Of a stretch of 60,745 nt of DNA, positions 9,713 to 20,114 are shown in pieces (the stretch's first letter is position 1; each line of letters starts with the position of its first letter). The stretch is taken from IMG/VR virus record IMGVR_UViG_3300042870_000870. One strand, written 5' to 3'. The stretch comes from an uncultured virus (IMG/VR IMGVR_UViG_3300042870_000870). Lineage: Duplodnaviria; Heunggongvirae; Uroviricota; Caudoviricetes. Below the pieces are notes generated by a model. That model was not told the DNA's origin and ran no database searches. It worked only from the letters and a program-made list of their open reading frames with translations. A program made the position numbers and the translations under genes.

Positions 9713-10552
9713 TTAAAAATTAATACCTAAACCAAAAGTACCATTACTAATAATTGGGTCGTAATCCATTTTTATTGTAAAATTTTTATAATCATGTAAA
9801 GCCCCTATTTTTATTGTTGTAAAACGATTTGAATATTTTGGGAATGTTATGTAACCATCATCATCTTTTCCACGATATCTTACAATCTCGTTAACGTTAC
9901 CCACCATAAAATGAACTCCCGTTCTTTTAACTCTTTTCCCAAAACCAACATAAAATGAGTTTAATTTAACTAAATCATCAACAAGTGGAAAATCAACGAG
10001 GTCTAATCTTCCATGTGGATAAAAAGTTGACCTATCATGTGTGAAATTATATTCTGTTATGAAATATCCTTTGTTACCAATTGTAAAGAATCCACCAATT
10101 TGTCTATCTGTTGTTTTTTGAATACCAAAACTTATGATAGGTTTTTTTCCTCTAATAGTATCTCTATTACCATTATCATAAACATAAATTCTTGCAGGTT
10201 GTCTGTAACCCCAATCGTTCCAATATGGCATTGGAGACCAATAATTCCACCCAAAATTAGGTGCTCCCCACATGTCCCATCTATTCCATCCCCAATTGTT
10301 CCACCCCTGTCCATAGTTATTCCAATATGGGTCTCTGATTACTATATTTGAACCTCGTCTTGGTTGTGGTTGTGATTCTTGTGGTGGATTGTTTCTCCAA
10401 CTACTCACATTGTTTTGTTGTGGTATGGATGGTTGAACTCTTGTTTGAGTTGATTGTGTCTGTGATTGTGTAGGTGGGTTACTTCTCCAAGTTGATATTT
10501 GACCAAATAGAAGTGTTGGTATGAATGTTAAAAATACTAATAGAGTCTTCAT
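9713..10552 (-). CDS. Secreted protein with Trp/Asn/Gly-rich segment and probable small beta-barrel
   Basis: Signal peptide; C-terminal FGLGINF resembles a BAM beta-signal. Confidence 0.65.
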   Translation of the reverse strand: MKTLLVFLTFIPTLLFGQISTWRSNPPTQSQTQSTQTRVQPSIPQQNNVSSWRNNPPQESQPQPRRGSNIVIRDPYWNNYGQGWNNWGWNRWDMWGAPNFGWNYWSPMPYWNDWGYRQPARIYVYDNGNRDTIRGKKPIISFGIQKTTDRQIGGFFTIGNKGYFITEYNFTHDRSTFYPHGRLDLVDFPLVDDLVKLNSFYVGFGKRVKRTGVHFMVGNVNEIVRYRGKDDDGYITFPKYSNRFTTIKIGALHDYKNFTIKMDYDPIISNGTFGLGINF

Positions 10553-10628
10553 AAGTTTGTTTTTATATAAATATAAAAAAAGGGGGTATTACACCCCCTT
10601 TTTTTTATCTTAACTCATTAAAATATGT

Positions 10629-11351
10629 TTATTTTGTAAAAATTCCCTTTTTAATCATTCTATCAAGAATGTTAGCACAAGCAATATCTAAAGCTTTTTT
10701 GGTTGCAGTACTAATTGTTGATTGGTTGAATTTAATTGGGTCAATCGTTGCGTCAGACAAAAGAGTTAATTCTCTTTTTGTTGTTGCCTCACCTAAACCC
10801 GATCCACCAAATACAACACCAGTTTCCGCGTTTGTAAATCTAACTTGAAGACCAATACGAGTTACCATATTATCTTGTACACCATTTTTAAGGTTCACAG
10901 TTTCATCTTCAGATACCGAGTAGTCATAACACTCAATGGTTACAAAATACTCAGCCAAATTGATTTTACCACGTCCGTCTAACTTATTCTCAGAAATTCC
11001 GGATTGAGATGCTTGAAATTGTTTTACCATACGATTCTTAATTTCTGTCTTGTCTTCAGTAAATTTGAATCTGTTTAAGTTTTCAAGATATTCCATAGAT
11101 ATATTTGCAACACCCAAACCAACACGTTTTTCTTTTAATTCAGGATACATCTCATACATCTCATCAGAAATGCCCGCCTTTAATATTTGAATTGGAATTT
11201 GAGGACCATCGTAGTCCATGTAAGCACTTATATCTCTTTTCTTTTCGAAGTCCGCCTTATAGTCTTCCGTTTTAGTTTTACCTATTGTTTGTCCGTTAAC
11301 GACAACAGCGCTTAGTAAAAAAACACTTAATAATGTTAATAATTTTTTCAT
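10629..11351 (-). CDS. CsgG/HfaB-like outer-membrane assembly protein
   Basis: Signal peptide; RFKFTE..., AEYFVTIECYDY and IGLQVRFTNAETGVV resemble the CsgG fold. Confidence 0.6.
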   Translation of the reverse strand: MKKLLTLLSVFLLSAVVVNGQTIGKTKTEDYKADFEKKRDISAYMDYDGPQIPIQILKAGISDEMYEMYPELKEKRVGLGVANISMEYLENLNRFKFTEDKTEIKNRMVKQFQASQSGISENKLDGRGKINLAEYFVTIECYDYSVSEDETVNLKNGVQDNMVTRIGLQVRFTNAETGVVFGGSGLGEATTKRELTLLSDATIDPIKFNQSTISTATKKALDIACANILDRMIKKGIFTK

Positions 11352-11364
11352 ACATCTTATTTTA

Positions 11365-11625
11365 TTAACCTTCTAATTCTTCTTCTTTCTTTTTGTGAGA
11401 GAATTTATCCAAAGTATCGGCACCCATTCCAATTCCCGTTATTAACATCACTGCATTTACCAATTCAGGTGATGGAGCAAAATCCGCGTGAGAGAACGAA
11501 TTTAATACCATTGTAACACATAGGAACATTGCACCTACCATTGCTATTACCGGCTTAACCGATATTGATCCCCTTTCATCTTTGAAAAGTTCGATAACCC
11601 ATTCTTTAAATTTCATTTTTGTCAA
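11365..11625 (-). CDS. Small two-TM membrane protein
   Basis: Two hydrophobic segments and a charged tail. Confidence 0.65.
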   Translation of the reverse strand: MTKMKFKEWVIELFKDERGSISVKPVIAMVGAMFLCVTMVLNSFSHADFAPSPELVNAVMLITGIGMGADTLDKFSHKKKEEELEG

Positions 11626-11644
11626 TTTTTAATTTATATTTATT

Positions 11645-12274
11645 TTATCCTTCCATGTGCATTTCTGCATTTTCATCTTTTATTTTACCACACTTTAAAC
11701 ATTCCTCAATCCCATCTCCGTCTAAGTCACCCCAAACGTGATCACATTGTCTATGTGCAAAATACATATCAATTTTGCCATCCCCGTCGAAATCTATACC
11801 ATCCATTATACCATCACCATCTTCATCAACTTCAATACCTGTTCTTGGTTGAACGGTTGGTACTTGTTCAAACGTATCATTTACCTTTTCGGTTTTTGAA
11901 TTCTCAATAGCTGTTTGAAACGATTCTGGAATTAGTGGAGTATTGTTTGGTGGAGTTACAGGTAAATCGGCGGTATTGCTTAACGCCGTACCATCTTCCT
12001 CATCCATTTTCTGAACTAACATCTTATCCTTATCCGTATCACTAAACCAATAGTCAATAATTTTACCATAAGAACCAATAAAGGCTCCCAATAATAATAG
12101 AAGAAGTTCTTTCCATTCTCCTTCTATTGCCGATTTATTTAATATAGCGAAGAACATTCCTCCTATAATAAACATAAATCCACCCAATACTAATGCGGTG
12201 ATGTACCATCTTCTGGCCATCATATTACTTAATAAATCTTTAAATCCACTTGGTGTTTCTTTATTTTCCGCCAT
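11645..12274 (-). CDS. Membrane protein with DxDGDG calcium-binding repeats
   Basis: Two TM helices; DEDGDG, DFDGDG and DLDGDG; C-terminal CxH...CxxC. Confidence 0.7.
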   Translation of the reverse strand: MAENKETPSGFKDLLSNMMARRWYITALVLGGFMFIIGGMFFAILNKSAIEGEWKELLLLLLGAFIGSYGKIIDYWFSDTDKDKMLVQKMDEEDGTALSNTADLPVTPPNNTPLIPESFQTAIENSKTEKVNDTFEQVPTVQPRTGIEVDEDGDGIMDGIDFDGDGKIDMYFAHRQCDHVWGDLDGDGIEECLKCGKIKDENAEMHMEG

Positions 12275-12294
12275 ATTACTTATTTTTTTTTAAT

Positions 12295-12453
12295 TTATGG
12301 TCTATTCCAAGACCATCCTTTTTTTCTACCTCTTATTACTAAATAACTACAACCCCCAATAAAAAATGTTAAAAACATCAATGGAGAATTAAATACAAAC
12401 ATAGCTATCATGCATAATACAATTACTGCTATAAAACTTAATCCTTGTTCCAT
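12295..12453 (-). CDS. Small membrane protein, 52 aa, absent from the ORF track
   Basis: MEQGLSFIAVIVLCMIAMFVFNSPLMFLTFFIGGCSYLVIRGRKKGWSWNRP fills the gap in the operon; A-rich start region. Confidence 0.65.
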   Translation of the reverse strand: MEQGLSFIAVIVLCMIAMFVFNSPLMFLTFFIGGCSYLVIRGRKKGWSWNRP

Positions 12454-12462
12454 TTTAATTTT

Positions 12463-12774
12463 TTACCACTTAGGAGCCTCTTCCTTAAACTCATCACCTT
12501 CTTTTTTCTTAACCGGTTTTGCGGGTTCTTTAACGGTTTCTTTTTCTTTAATAATAACCGTCTTACCACCACCCGCTGATTGTTGTTGAGTTTGTGAATT
12601 TGTAATGTTTATTACTGGTGCCGCTTGTACTGGTGCTGGTTCTGATTTGTCACCACCACCTAAAAGTGAGGCTGCCCATACACCACCTGCGGTTACTATG
12701 GTACCCACAGCACCGATAAGTGTTTTCTTTAAACCACTCATTGTTCCTTCTTGTTCTTGTGTTTCTTCTGACAT
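12463..12774 (-). CDS. Membrane-anchored hypothetical protein
   Basis: One TM segment near the N-terminus; in the operon. Confidence 0.65.
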   Translation of the reverse strand: MSEETQEQEGTMSGLKKTLIGAVGTIVTAGGVWAASLLGGGDKSEPAPVQAAPVINITNSQTQQQSAGGGKTVIIKEKETVKEPAKPVKKKEGDEFKEEAPKW

Positions 12775-12804
12775 TGTATTTGTTTTTAGTTTATTTTATT
12801 AATA

Positions 12805-13524
12805 TTATGCACCAAACGCTTTAGTAAATCCTTCAGGACAAGTTTTTGTACATATCAAATCTGCAATAACTGGTGCAAATGCTGCTCCAATTGCAATACC
12901 AACTCCAGCTGGTGTTGCCCATAACTCTGCGGAATCTAAACTTTTACCTAAACAATTTGAAATTATATTTTTTAATAGTGTGTGGTCAATACTATCACTA
13001 ACGTATGGTATTGCTAAAAATCCTTCTGTTATAATTTCTGTCATTGCCATTACTACCACCACTTTAGCCGCTTTATCTGCAACATAAAGAACAGGTGTTG
13101 CCATAAGTGATAGAGTGGTTGATGTCGCTGCGCCCGCTGGTTGTTCTGGTGCAAATGCCGCAACACAACCCAAACCAATTGCTGCGGTTACTCCTATATT
13201 ACAAGCATTTTTATCAGCCCATTGATATGCATCAATTACCCCTTCTTTTACTTCTTCGTAACCTTCTTTAATTACAGACTCTATTTCATTTCCAATATTA
13301 ATGAGTACTGGTACTACTTCTTCTTCCCACTCTCTACCAGTTACATCTTCAATTCTATGATTTGTTTCAGGATGGTCGTGTATGTACCTTATTGCTCTAT
13401 CGGTAAGTCCCCATGATTCACATGTTGAACAAGGGCCGTCACCACCAAATCCATACCATCTTACATTGTTATCTCCGCAATCTGAGCGATGATAAACTAT
13501 TCCGTCTCCGTTTCTGTCTGCCAT
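12805..13524 (-). CDS. Hypothetical Cys-containing protein with hydrophobic C-terminal half
   Basis: 239 aa ORF in the operon. Confidence 0.6.
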   Translation of the reverse strand: MADRNGDGIVYHRSDCGDNNVRWYGFGGDGPCSTCESWGLTDRAIRYIHDHPETNHRIEDVTGREWEEEVVPVLINIGNEIESVIKEGYEEVKEGVIDAYQWADKNACNIGVTAAIGLGCVAAFAPEQPAGAATSTTLSLMATPVLYVADKAAKVVVVMAMTEIITEGFLAIPYVSDSIDHTLLKNIISNCLGKSLDSAELWATPAGVGIAIGAAFAPVIADLICTKTCPEGFTKAFGA

Positions 13525-13544
13525 AATTTTTATTTTTTAATTTT

Positions 13545-13925
13545 TTAGTTTATTTTATTGAAATCTGTTATTCCTAATTGTTTATTATTAGAATCGAATA
13601 ACCCTATTCTGTATGCTGATGATGGTAATGCGTTAGTGTATACCTTTAAAAGGTTATCACCCGCAATTACGTTCATTGTTTCTTTAGATACCACCCTATT
13701 GGAAATGTCAAATATTTTAATCGTTACCGGACCTGCGGTTTCAATTTTAACGTTCATCGCCACTTCTGAAGTGACAAATGATGATTGTAATTTAATACCA
13801 ATAGAACTTGTCATTTTCAGGTCTTCTGATATTGATTGAGGTGTAGGTAAGATATCGTCCTTATAACATCCTGTTAAAATTGTGGATACCAATACTAATA
13901 AGAGAATCTTTTTCATTTTTGTCAT
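13545..13925 (-). CDS. Lipoprotein with T9SS C-terminal-domain-like Ig fold
   Basis: LTG-C lipobox; VTIKIFDISNRVV...LPSSAYRIGL resembles Por secretion CTDs. Confidence 0.6.
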   Translation of the reverse strand: MTKMKKILLLVLVSTILTGCYKDDILPTPQSISEDLKMTSSIGIKLQSSFVTSEVAMNVKIETAGPVTIKIFDISNRVVSKETMNVIAGDNLLKVYTNALPSSAYRIGLFDSNNKQLGITDFNKIN

Positions 13926-13928
13926 TTT

Positions 13929-14270
13929 TTAATTTACTATTATTGTTGTCTTTTTTAATTCTTTTTTATCCACATCCTCAAGTACTAAATATAAATATCC
14001 CTTGGGTAATGAATTGGTATAAATCTTTTTTTCATTTTTACCTATTTGACCAATAAACTTTTCTCGACTTATTACTTGTCCACTATTTTTATCGATTAAA
14101 ATTAAATAATGAACAGTATTAGAGGTTAAATCAAAAAAAATTGATTGACCATTTGTTACACTACTTTCACCCACATTGAATATTTTTTCAACAGGAGGAG
14201 TTGGGGTTGGGATATCCATCTTAGTACAACCCCATAGTAAAATCACAAATATGAATAGTATTTTTTTCAT
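13929..14270 (-). CDS. Lipoprotein, paralogue of the neighbouring CTD-like protein
   Basis: LWG-C lipobox; KIYTNSLPKGYLYL is similar to KVYTNALPSSAYRI. Confidence 0.6.
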   Translation of the reverse strand: MKKILFIFVILLWGCTKMDIPTPTPPVEKIFNVGESSVTNGQSIFFDLTSNTVHYLILIDKNSGQVISREKFIGQIGKNEKKIYTNSLPKGYLYLVLEDVDKKELKKTTIIVN

Positions 14271-14273
14271 ATG

Positions 14274-15167
14274 TTAAAATTGAAAGTTTGTTCCTATCAT
14301 AAACATTATTGGATTACTCTTTTTATACCCAACCGATTCGCTCAATTTGTCAAAAGTTGTGTTATATCTAATATTAGTATTCAAAATGAACCTTTTAGTT
14401 ATTTTCCAATCAAACGATGTTCCATAATATAAATCTAAATTAAAATCATCAAAATATGATAAATCCGATGTCGTACCATCTTTAAATACTTTATAGACAT
14501 CACTCATTGCAAATATTTGCGGTGATATGTTTACCCTTTTTGTTTTCAATGTATATGTGTACATTACCATACCTCTATAACTTATTTCACTTGATGCCGG
14601 CACCATTGGATATATTAAATCTTTAAAATCACCATTTTCATCTACCGTATATTTTCCTTCCCATTGACCTTCATATGTTCCCCAAAAAGATTTTGATGCA
14701 ATTAAACTATATCCAAATGTTCCAAACTTTTTAGTTCTGAATACATCTATGAATGATAGTGTAATATCTTTTTGGAAATCAAAATCGGTTGAATAAAATG
14801 ATTGTAATGTAGTAGTTCTCTTATCTGTATTTCTAGTGAAACCATATCCTACTCCATAATATTTCCATATAGGGTTTATTGACGCTGCGAATGTGTGTCC
14901 CCATTGACCATTCATAGATGATTTATTGTAACCCAAATTAAGAGTAGTTGATACTTGTCTACCAATTATACCAACTGAAAGATTTGATGATGATAGAACA
15001 TCTTTTGAAAAATTAACATAGGATTGTAATATACCCACATCGTTCCAATCATCACTTTCCCCAAATAATTCCTTTGGTGATAGTTGTAATGTATCGGGTT
15101 TTTGTATTTGTGCGTTTGTCACAAATGTTGTCGAAATTAGTGACAGAATTATTATTAGTTTTTTCAT
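14274..15167 (-). CDS. Outer-membrane beta-barrel protein
   Basis: Signal peptide and C-terminal IGTNFQF. Shares SPQ(I/V)F and SFD(W/Y)KITKRF with the 8155..9711 protein. Confidence 0.65.
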   Translation of the reverse strand: MKKLIIILSLISTTFVTNAQIQKPDTLQLSPKELFGESDDWNDVGILQSYVNFSKDVLSSSNLSVGIIGRQVSTTLNLGYNKSSMNGQWGHTFAASINPIWKYYGVGYGFTRNTDKRTTTLQSFYSTDFDFQKDITLSFIDVFRTKKFGTFGYSLIASKSFWGTYEGQWEGKYTVDENGDFKDLIYPMVPASSEISYRGMVMYTYTLKTKRVNISPQIFAMSDVYKVFKDGTTSDLSYFDDFNLDLYYGTSFDWKITKRFILNTNIRYNTTFDKLSESVGYKKSNPIMFMIGTNFQF

Positions 15168-17461
15168 TAGTTCATTTTTACTTTTAATTGTATTCCATTC
15201 TTATTGACGGCATCGGTTGTTGATATTGAAGTTAAACCCAAAGTACCACTCAATCCTATTAATGGTAAAAATGTTATTTTATATTCTGTTGTTTTATCCA
15301 ATAATGTTGAACCATCAGTAATCAATGAACCTAATGTTATTGATGAACCTCTATTAGTTCCAAAATTGGTAGGAGTTCCATTTGTGGTGAATTCTACCTT
15401 TTCAAACTTTAATGCTGTATTATCGTAGTTTAAATTGAATTGAGTACCAACCAACTCTTGTTGTAAAGGGTCTACCGAAATCGTTACTACTAATTTACCA
15501 CCAATGTTTTCACCCATTAGATATGCGTTGATTTGATTGGAAACTGAATTAGTACCCAAACTCATAGTTCTAATAGAATTACTAGCAACACCACTTGTAC
15601 TTTGTTGTGCTGAATGAGATAGGTTTACATCACCAAGCCAAGTAACATTAACATTGTATGTGTTATTAAGTGTACCCGTATTTAAACTAAACGGATATAA
15701 ACTTCTTGTTGAATTAAATTTGGTATTCCAATTAGATTTAGTAATCCCATCATAATCTGATTTACTATAAAGTTTCATCAGAAAAGTTAATAGTGGATTT
15801 TGTGTAAGTGGTTGAACTCCTGTTAAATGTTGTAATAGTTTATATGTATCTGCTTCGTTGAATATACCATTACCATCAACGTCCGCATTAATAAATTGAA
15901 TACCGTTTGTAAATTCATTTCCACTTTCATTTCCAAATATTCCACCATTTGATAATTCTTTGAAGGCAATAAAGACATCCGATACGGTCACAATACTATT
16001 GTATAAAGTGTTTAAATCCGTTTGATTGGTGTATGTTAACTCAATCCCATGTTGTTTATATGACATTATTGGTGAGAAAGTAAATTCTGCTCTTGTTCCA
16101 TACCAACCATCTTGTAATCTTAATTGTGCCTGAAATGTGGATGATGTTATCTTAGTTGTCAAATTACCGGGCATTATATAAGTTTTCCAAAACCCACTTA
16201 CACTATGAATACTAACCGGTCCATCGTATATATCAAATAATTTAACTGATGTTATATCACTTGGAGATACTCCTGTCCCATCAAATTCCCTTTCGTCTAT
16301 TAATAATTGATGCCCACCTAAATTTGCATCATACGGATTTATTATTGCCCATTCAACTTGTCCTGCAGTTGTTGACGCTTTAGTACCAATACCACTTACC
16401 TTTGCAGTATCTAAATCATTTGTAATGTCAACCTTACCCAATCCACTTATTGCTCGTGATGTGTTGGTTGTTGTACTCCATAGATTATTTACATATCTAT
16501 TTGCCTTTGTTGAGAATTTAGTTTCATCTATATTACTCCCAAAATCAAAATTAAATTTAGCGGTTAAAACTTCACCATTTGAATGAGATACACTATTGGT
16601 ATAAAATTCAGTAAATGTTGCATCATCGGGATTAGACCAAGTTCCATATTCAATTATGTATGGATTAGTCCAATTATTTGATAAATCATTCCAAGTTGAT
16701 GCACCACCCCAATTTGTTACCGCATAATCCTCACTATGATTATATCCATTAGGTTCACCACCTGCCCAGTTGTTATACACACCAGGTCTATTTCCTGCCG
16801 TCTGTCCATTTGATGTTTTCATAACAGTTCCTTTTTCAGGTCCCGCATCAATTACCCAAGTTCCATCTATAACCTCATCTGTTGCTGCAAACCATATATT
16901 AGCTTGTGGTACGTTAGAAAATATAAAAGCATTTTCAGATGCCGATGTTATTGTTACTAAATAACCTGTCTGTCCTTTGAATGTTGTTAATAACGATGCC
17001 GATCTAGCACCAGTATAAGTTGTACCTGCCGTTACGGGTTTATAAAAATGACCATTTACACCATTGTAATAAAATCCTGTTGGATTGATTGTTGCAGCAA
17101 CCGATAATTTTACATTACCAACTACCGAACCTGTGTTTATTTTTAGGGATGTCAATGCCGTATTGATACTTGCCATTGTACCCGTTATTACTAAACGAGT
17201 TTTATTACCACTTAAAGTAAATCCACTTGCAGCAGTTAGACCCGTTGTTGTGTTCAATACGAATGTTGTACCTGTTGGAAATTCTACTAAACTAATTGAT
17301 GCTAATAAAGTTGACGTTGAACTAAACCCACTTAAAACAAAACCACTAGCATCTTGTGCACTAGTGGATTGTAAAAAAGACTTAGAGTCCGGAGCAGATA
17401 CACTCTGTCCGAACCCTAAGAATGATGTAAATAAAAATAATATTAAAAATAATTTCTTCAT
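15167..17461 (-). CDS. Secreted protein with C-type-lectin-like, dockerin-like and cohesin-like domains
   Basis: GYLVTITSASEN, NNWAGGEPN and WND (C-type lectin); ADVDGNGIFNEAD (dockerin/EF-hand); QFNLNYDNTALKF (cohesin). Confidence 0.7.
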   Translation of the reverse strand: MKKLFLILFLFTSFLGFGQSVSAPDSKSFLQSTSAQDASGFVLSGFSSTSTLLASISLVEFPTGTTFVLNTTTGLTAASGFTLSGNKTRLVITGTMASINTALTSLKINTGSVVGNVKLSVAATINPTGFYYNGVNGHFYKPVTAGTTYTGARSASLLTTFKGQTGYLVTITSASENAFIFSNVPQANIWFAATDEVIDGTWVIDAGPEKGTVMKTSNGQTAGNRPGVYNNWAGGEPNGYNHSEDYAVTNWGGASTWNDLSNNWTNPYIIEYGTWSNPDDATFTEFYTNSVSHSNGEVLTAKFNFDFGSNIDETKFSTKANRYVNNLWSTTTNTSRAISGLGKVDITNDLDTAKVSGIGTKASTTAGQVEWAIINPYDANLGGHQLLIDEREFDGTGVSPSDITSVKLFDIYDGPVSIHSVSGFWKTYIMPGNLTTKITSSTFQAQLRLQDGWYGTRAEFTFSPIMSYKQHGIELTYTNQTDLNTLYNSIVTVSDVFIAFKELSNGGIFGNESGNEFTNGIQFINADVDGNGIFNEADTYKLLQHLTGVQPLTQNPLLTFLMKLYSKSDYDGITKSNWNTKFNSTRSLYPFSLNTGTLNNTYNVNVTWLGDVNLSHSAQQSTSGVASNSIRTMSLGTNSVSNQINAYLMGENIGGKLVVTISVDPLQQELVGTQFNLNYDNTALKFEKVEFTTNGTPTNFGTNRGSSITLGSLITDGSTLLDKTTEYKITFLPLIGLSGTLGLTSISTTDAVNKNGIQLKVKMN

Positions 17462-17464
17462 AAA

Positions 17465-19120
17465 TTACTCCACTGTCAAATTTATCTTGTTTCCGTTTCC
17501 GTCAACAGCATCAGATAAAACTGTATAGAATAAACCCGCAGTGTTTGTTATGGTTTCTTTTGGTGTAAATGTTAATTTATATGGTGTACCTGTTTTAATT
17601 CTTGCGGTTTTTGTTTGATCCATAGAACCAAATGTTAATCTACCATCTCCGTTTGTTGAGAAGTTAGTTACGATTGGTCCCGCGTCAAATGAAATATTAT
17701 CAAAAGTTAATTTAGAATTATCATATTGTAATATAACCTCCAAACCAGCTAAACCTTCTTTTGTTAAATTACCTGTCAATACAACCTTACCGTTAACTAT
17801 TGTAGAGGTTAAACTTAATTTAGCGGTTTCAAATACTTGATTATATGACATTGATTGAACTGACATTGATTTATTATTATCATTGACGGAATTAACAAAA
17901 TTACCACTTGCAACTCTACTTGCAATTTCGGTTGCGGATGATGAATGAGACCAATCTAAATCACCTCCCCATGCAAATACCATATCTACTACTTTAATAG
18001 GAGTATCGATTATAACTTTATTTTTTATAACACCATTTAACCAATTTTGATTTAATAAACCACTATACCATCTTACATTTTCAGATGTGGTGGTTGATTT
18101 TGGAATTTTTGCACTAGAAGATACATCTATTCCCATTACATGTGCGAATGTATAATATGAATCCGATTCACTAAACGCACTATTGGCGTTTGTAACTCTT
18201 GCAATCATTTTTTCTAAATTAGGATATACAAAGTATGTTTGTGTACCTGAAATATCTACTTGTGAAATACCTAAGAATGATTTATATGCGTCCGATACGG
18301 TTATAATATTATTCATAAATGTTTTAGTCCCCGTTGGTTGGACGTATACACCAAAAGTATCTCCCACCTTAACTTCAGTTGTGAATATTGCTTCACCAGT
18401 TGCATCCAATACCTTTTGAGCTATTGGTTGTTTAGTCCAATCTATATCACCACTAGCATCAGTTTTAAGTGGCATCAATTGTATATTATGACTAGTTATA
18501 CTATATCCTGTTGGAAATAAAACTCTAACTTTGAATTGAGAAGTATTACCCGATACATTTGATAAAGATATTGTGCCCGGATTAGTTGTGATTGGAGTAA
18601 TATACTCACTCGTAGCATTGATGGAATATGATAAATCTAATTTATGAATATTTGTATAATCAACTAAATCTTTGATTACATATTTTTGAGTTGCAATATC
18701 ACCATTGATTGACGCATCGGTTCTTTGTACTGTCAATTGTCCGGCGTTCCAATCTGCGTTAGCCACATATCCCCACGGAGTTGCTAAATATTGTGCATAT
18801 AAACTTGTAGCAGTAATACCATTTGCTGTACTTGGTGTAAATTTATACCCTGACCAACCAGTATAAAATGTTTGTACTGATGAACCTTGTGAGAATACAG
18901 TAGAAACATATGATAATGCTTTATTGTTGAATTGGTATCTTAACCAAAAATAACGAGGGGTAGTCGTACCTCTATCAATTGTATACTTCACCGAAAGAGT
19001 ATCACCAACTTTTAAGTTTGAAGTGGGTGAAAACGATTGGTTAATTGTCAATTGAGCAAATGATGTAAACGTAATTAGGGATAGGGTTAGTATCACTATG
19101 AGTGTTAATAGTTTTTTCAT
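17465..19120 (-). CDS. Secreted cohesin-like domain protein, paralogous to 15167..17461
   Basis: Signal peptide; shared TVSD(A/V), GD(L/V)x(W/L)SHS and LxYDN..L.F...DAV..NG motifs. Confidence 0.65.
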   Translation of the reverse strand: MKKLLTLIVILTLSLITFTSFAQLTINQSFSPTSNLKVGDTLSVKYTIDRGTTTPRYFWLRYQFNNKALSYVSTVFSQGSSVQTFYTGWSGYKFTPSTANGITATSLYAQYLATPWGYVANADWNAGQLTVQRTDASINGDIATQKYVIKDLVDYTNIHKLDLSYSINATSEYITPITTNPGTISLSNVSGNTSQFKVRVLFPTGYSITSHNIQLMPLKTDASGDIDWTKQPIAQKVLDATGEAIFTTEVKVGDTFGVYVQPTGTKTFMNNIITVSDAYKSFLGISQVDISGTQTYFVYPNLEKMIARVTNANSAFSESDSYYTFAHVMGIDVSSSAKIPKSTTTSENVRWYSGLLNQNWLNGVIKNKVIIDTPIKVVDMVFAWGGDLDWSHSSSATEIASRVASGNFVNSVNDNNKSMSVQSMSYNQVFETAKLSLTSTIVNGKVVLTGNLTKEGLAGLEVILQYDNSKLTFDNISFDAGPIVTNFSTNGDGRLTFGSMDQTKTARIKTGTPYKLTFTPKETITNTAGLFYTVLSDAVDGNGNKINLTVE

Positions 19121-19125
19121 TTTTA

Positions 19126-19776
19126 TTATTTTTTATCCATTAATTTATTTATTAGTTTTTCACTAGCCTTTTTGAGAGCATTACTTAAAGATGTCTGATT
19201 AAATGAACCTCCTTCGTCAACAATAAGTGTTGACATAGAAACTTCAGATGATGACTCCTCAACAATAAGTTCTTTTTCTTTTTTACCGTCTTTTGTTAAT
19301 GTTCCTTTCAATCTAATAACCACTTCTTCCTCACCAGAATGGAAAACCGATATGTTCTTCTTTGTTGTAAGAACGTCTAAATAAACAATTTGTACTTTTA
19401 ATTTGTATGGAGATGATGCCGATAAATCGTAACCCTTTTCTTGTAAAAACTCTTCTAATATGTTTTTAACCCCAAATGCTAAATTTCTATTACCTGCTAG
19501 TTTACCAATTTTAACCTCATTGGTTACACTTTCGACCCAAATGTGGTCGTCGGCATCGTACCAAATATTTTCAGGGGAGTTTTTGAATGTACCATCGATT
19601 CTCCATTCAATCCAATTTATTACGTTTCTCTGTAATTCATGTTTACCTGAAAATTCTAAATAAACGAAGAATAATTGAAAACACAGTGCGAATGCAATCC
19701 AAAACCCAACTAATGATAAAAATATCATAGCAAGTTTGTCGCCAATGTTAATAGTAAGTGATTTGATTTTTTCCAT
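19126..19776 (-). CDS. Membrane-anchored hypothetical protein, first gene of the envelope operon
   Basis: N-terminal TM segment; TATTTATA motif upstream at 19874-19881. Confidence 0.65.
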   Translation of the reverse strand: MEKIKSLTINIGDKLAMIFLSLVGFWIAFALCFQLFFVYLEFSGKHELQRNVINWIEWRIDGTFKNSPENIWYDADDHIWVESVTNEVKIGKLAGNRNLAFGVKNILEEFLQEKGYDLSASSPYKLKVQIVYLDVLTTKKNISVFHSGEEEVVIRLKGTLTKDGKKEKELIVEESSSEVSMSTLIVDEGGSFNQTSLSNALKKASEKLINKLMDKK

Positions 19777-19846
19777 AAGGTTCTAAGTTTTTTTACCCAC
19801 TCAGAACCACATATTAATATCATATTAATATAATATGTAATGTATT

Positions 19847-19870
19847 GAGAGAGATACATTTATTTTTGTC
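19847..19870. repeat. Direct repeat, copy 2 (pairs with 8097-8120)
   Basis: 23/24 identical to copy 1. Confidence 0.85.
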
Positions 19871-19958
19871 CCTTATAAATATCAAGATATGGTAACTAGT
19901 CAAAAAAAATTTATTAAAATATTTTTAACTTTTTCTTGTTTATATATATATTTATTGT

Positions 19959-19967
19959 TATCTTTGT
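19959..19967 (+). promoter_or_regulatory. Bacteroidota-type -7 promoter element ahead of the leader and tRNA operon
   Basis: TATCTTTG matches the TAnnTTTG consensus. Confidence 0.6.
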
Positions 19968-19996
19968 AGAAAGAAAAAAATATTAAATAAAATTCA

Positions 19997-20092
19997 ATGA
20001 GACAATTAACACATATGCCGTCAACATCAAACCAACTAAATTGGAATGAGCAACCTATGTCCATATGTCTCGATGATACTGATGTGGGTTAA
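19997..20092 (+). CDS. Putative attenuator leader peptide MRQLTHMPSTSNQLNWNEQPMSICLDDTDVG
   Basis: 31-codon ORF with an A-rich start region, lying between the promoter and the terminator. Confidence 0.7.
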   Translation: MRQLTHMPSTSNQLNWNEQPMSICLDDTDVG

Positions 20093-20114
20093 GTAATTAA
20101 CCTAATATAATTAG

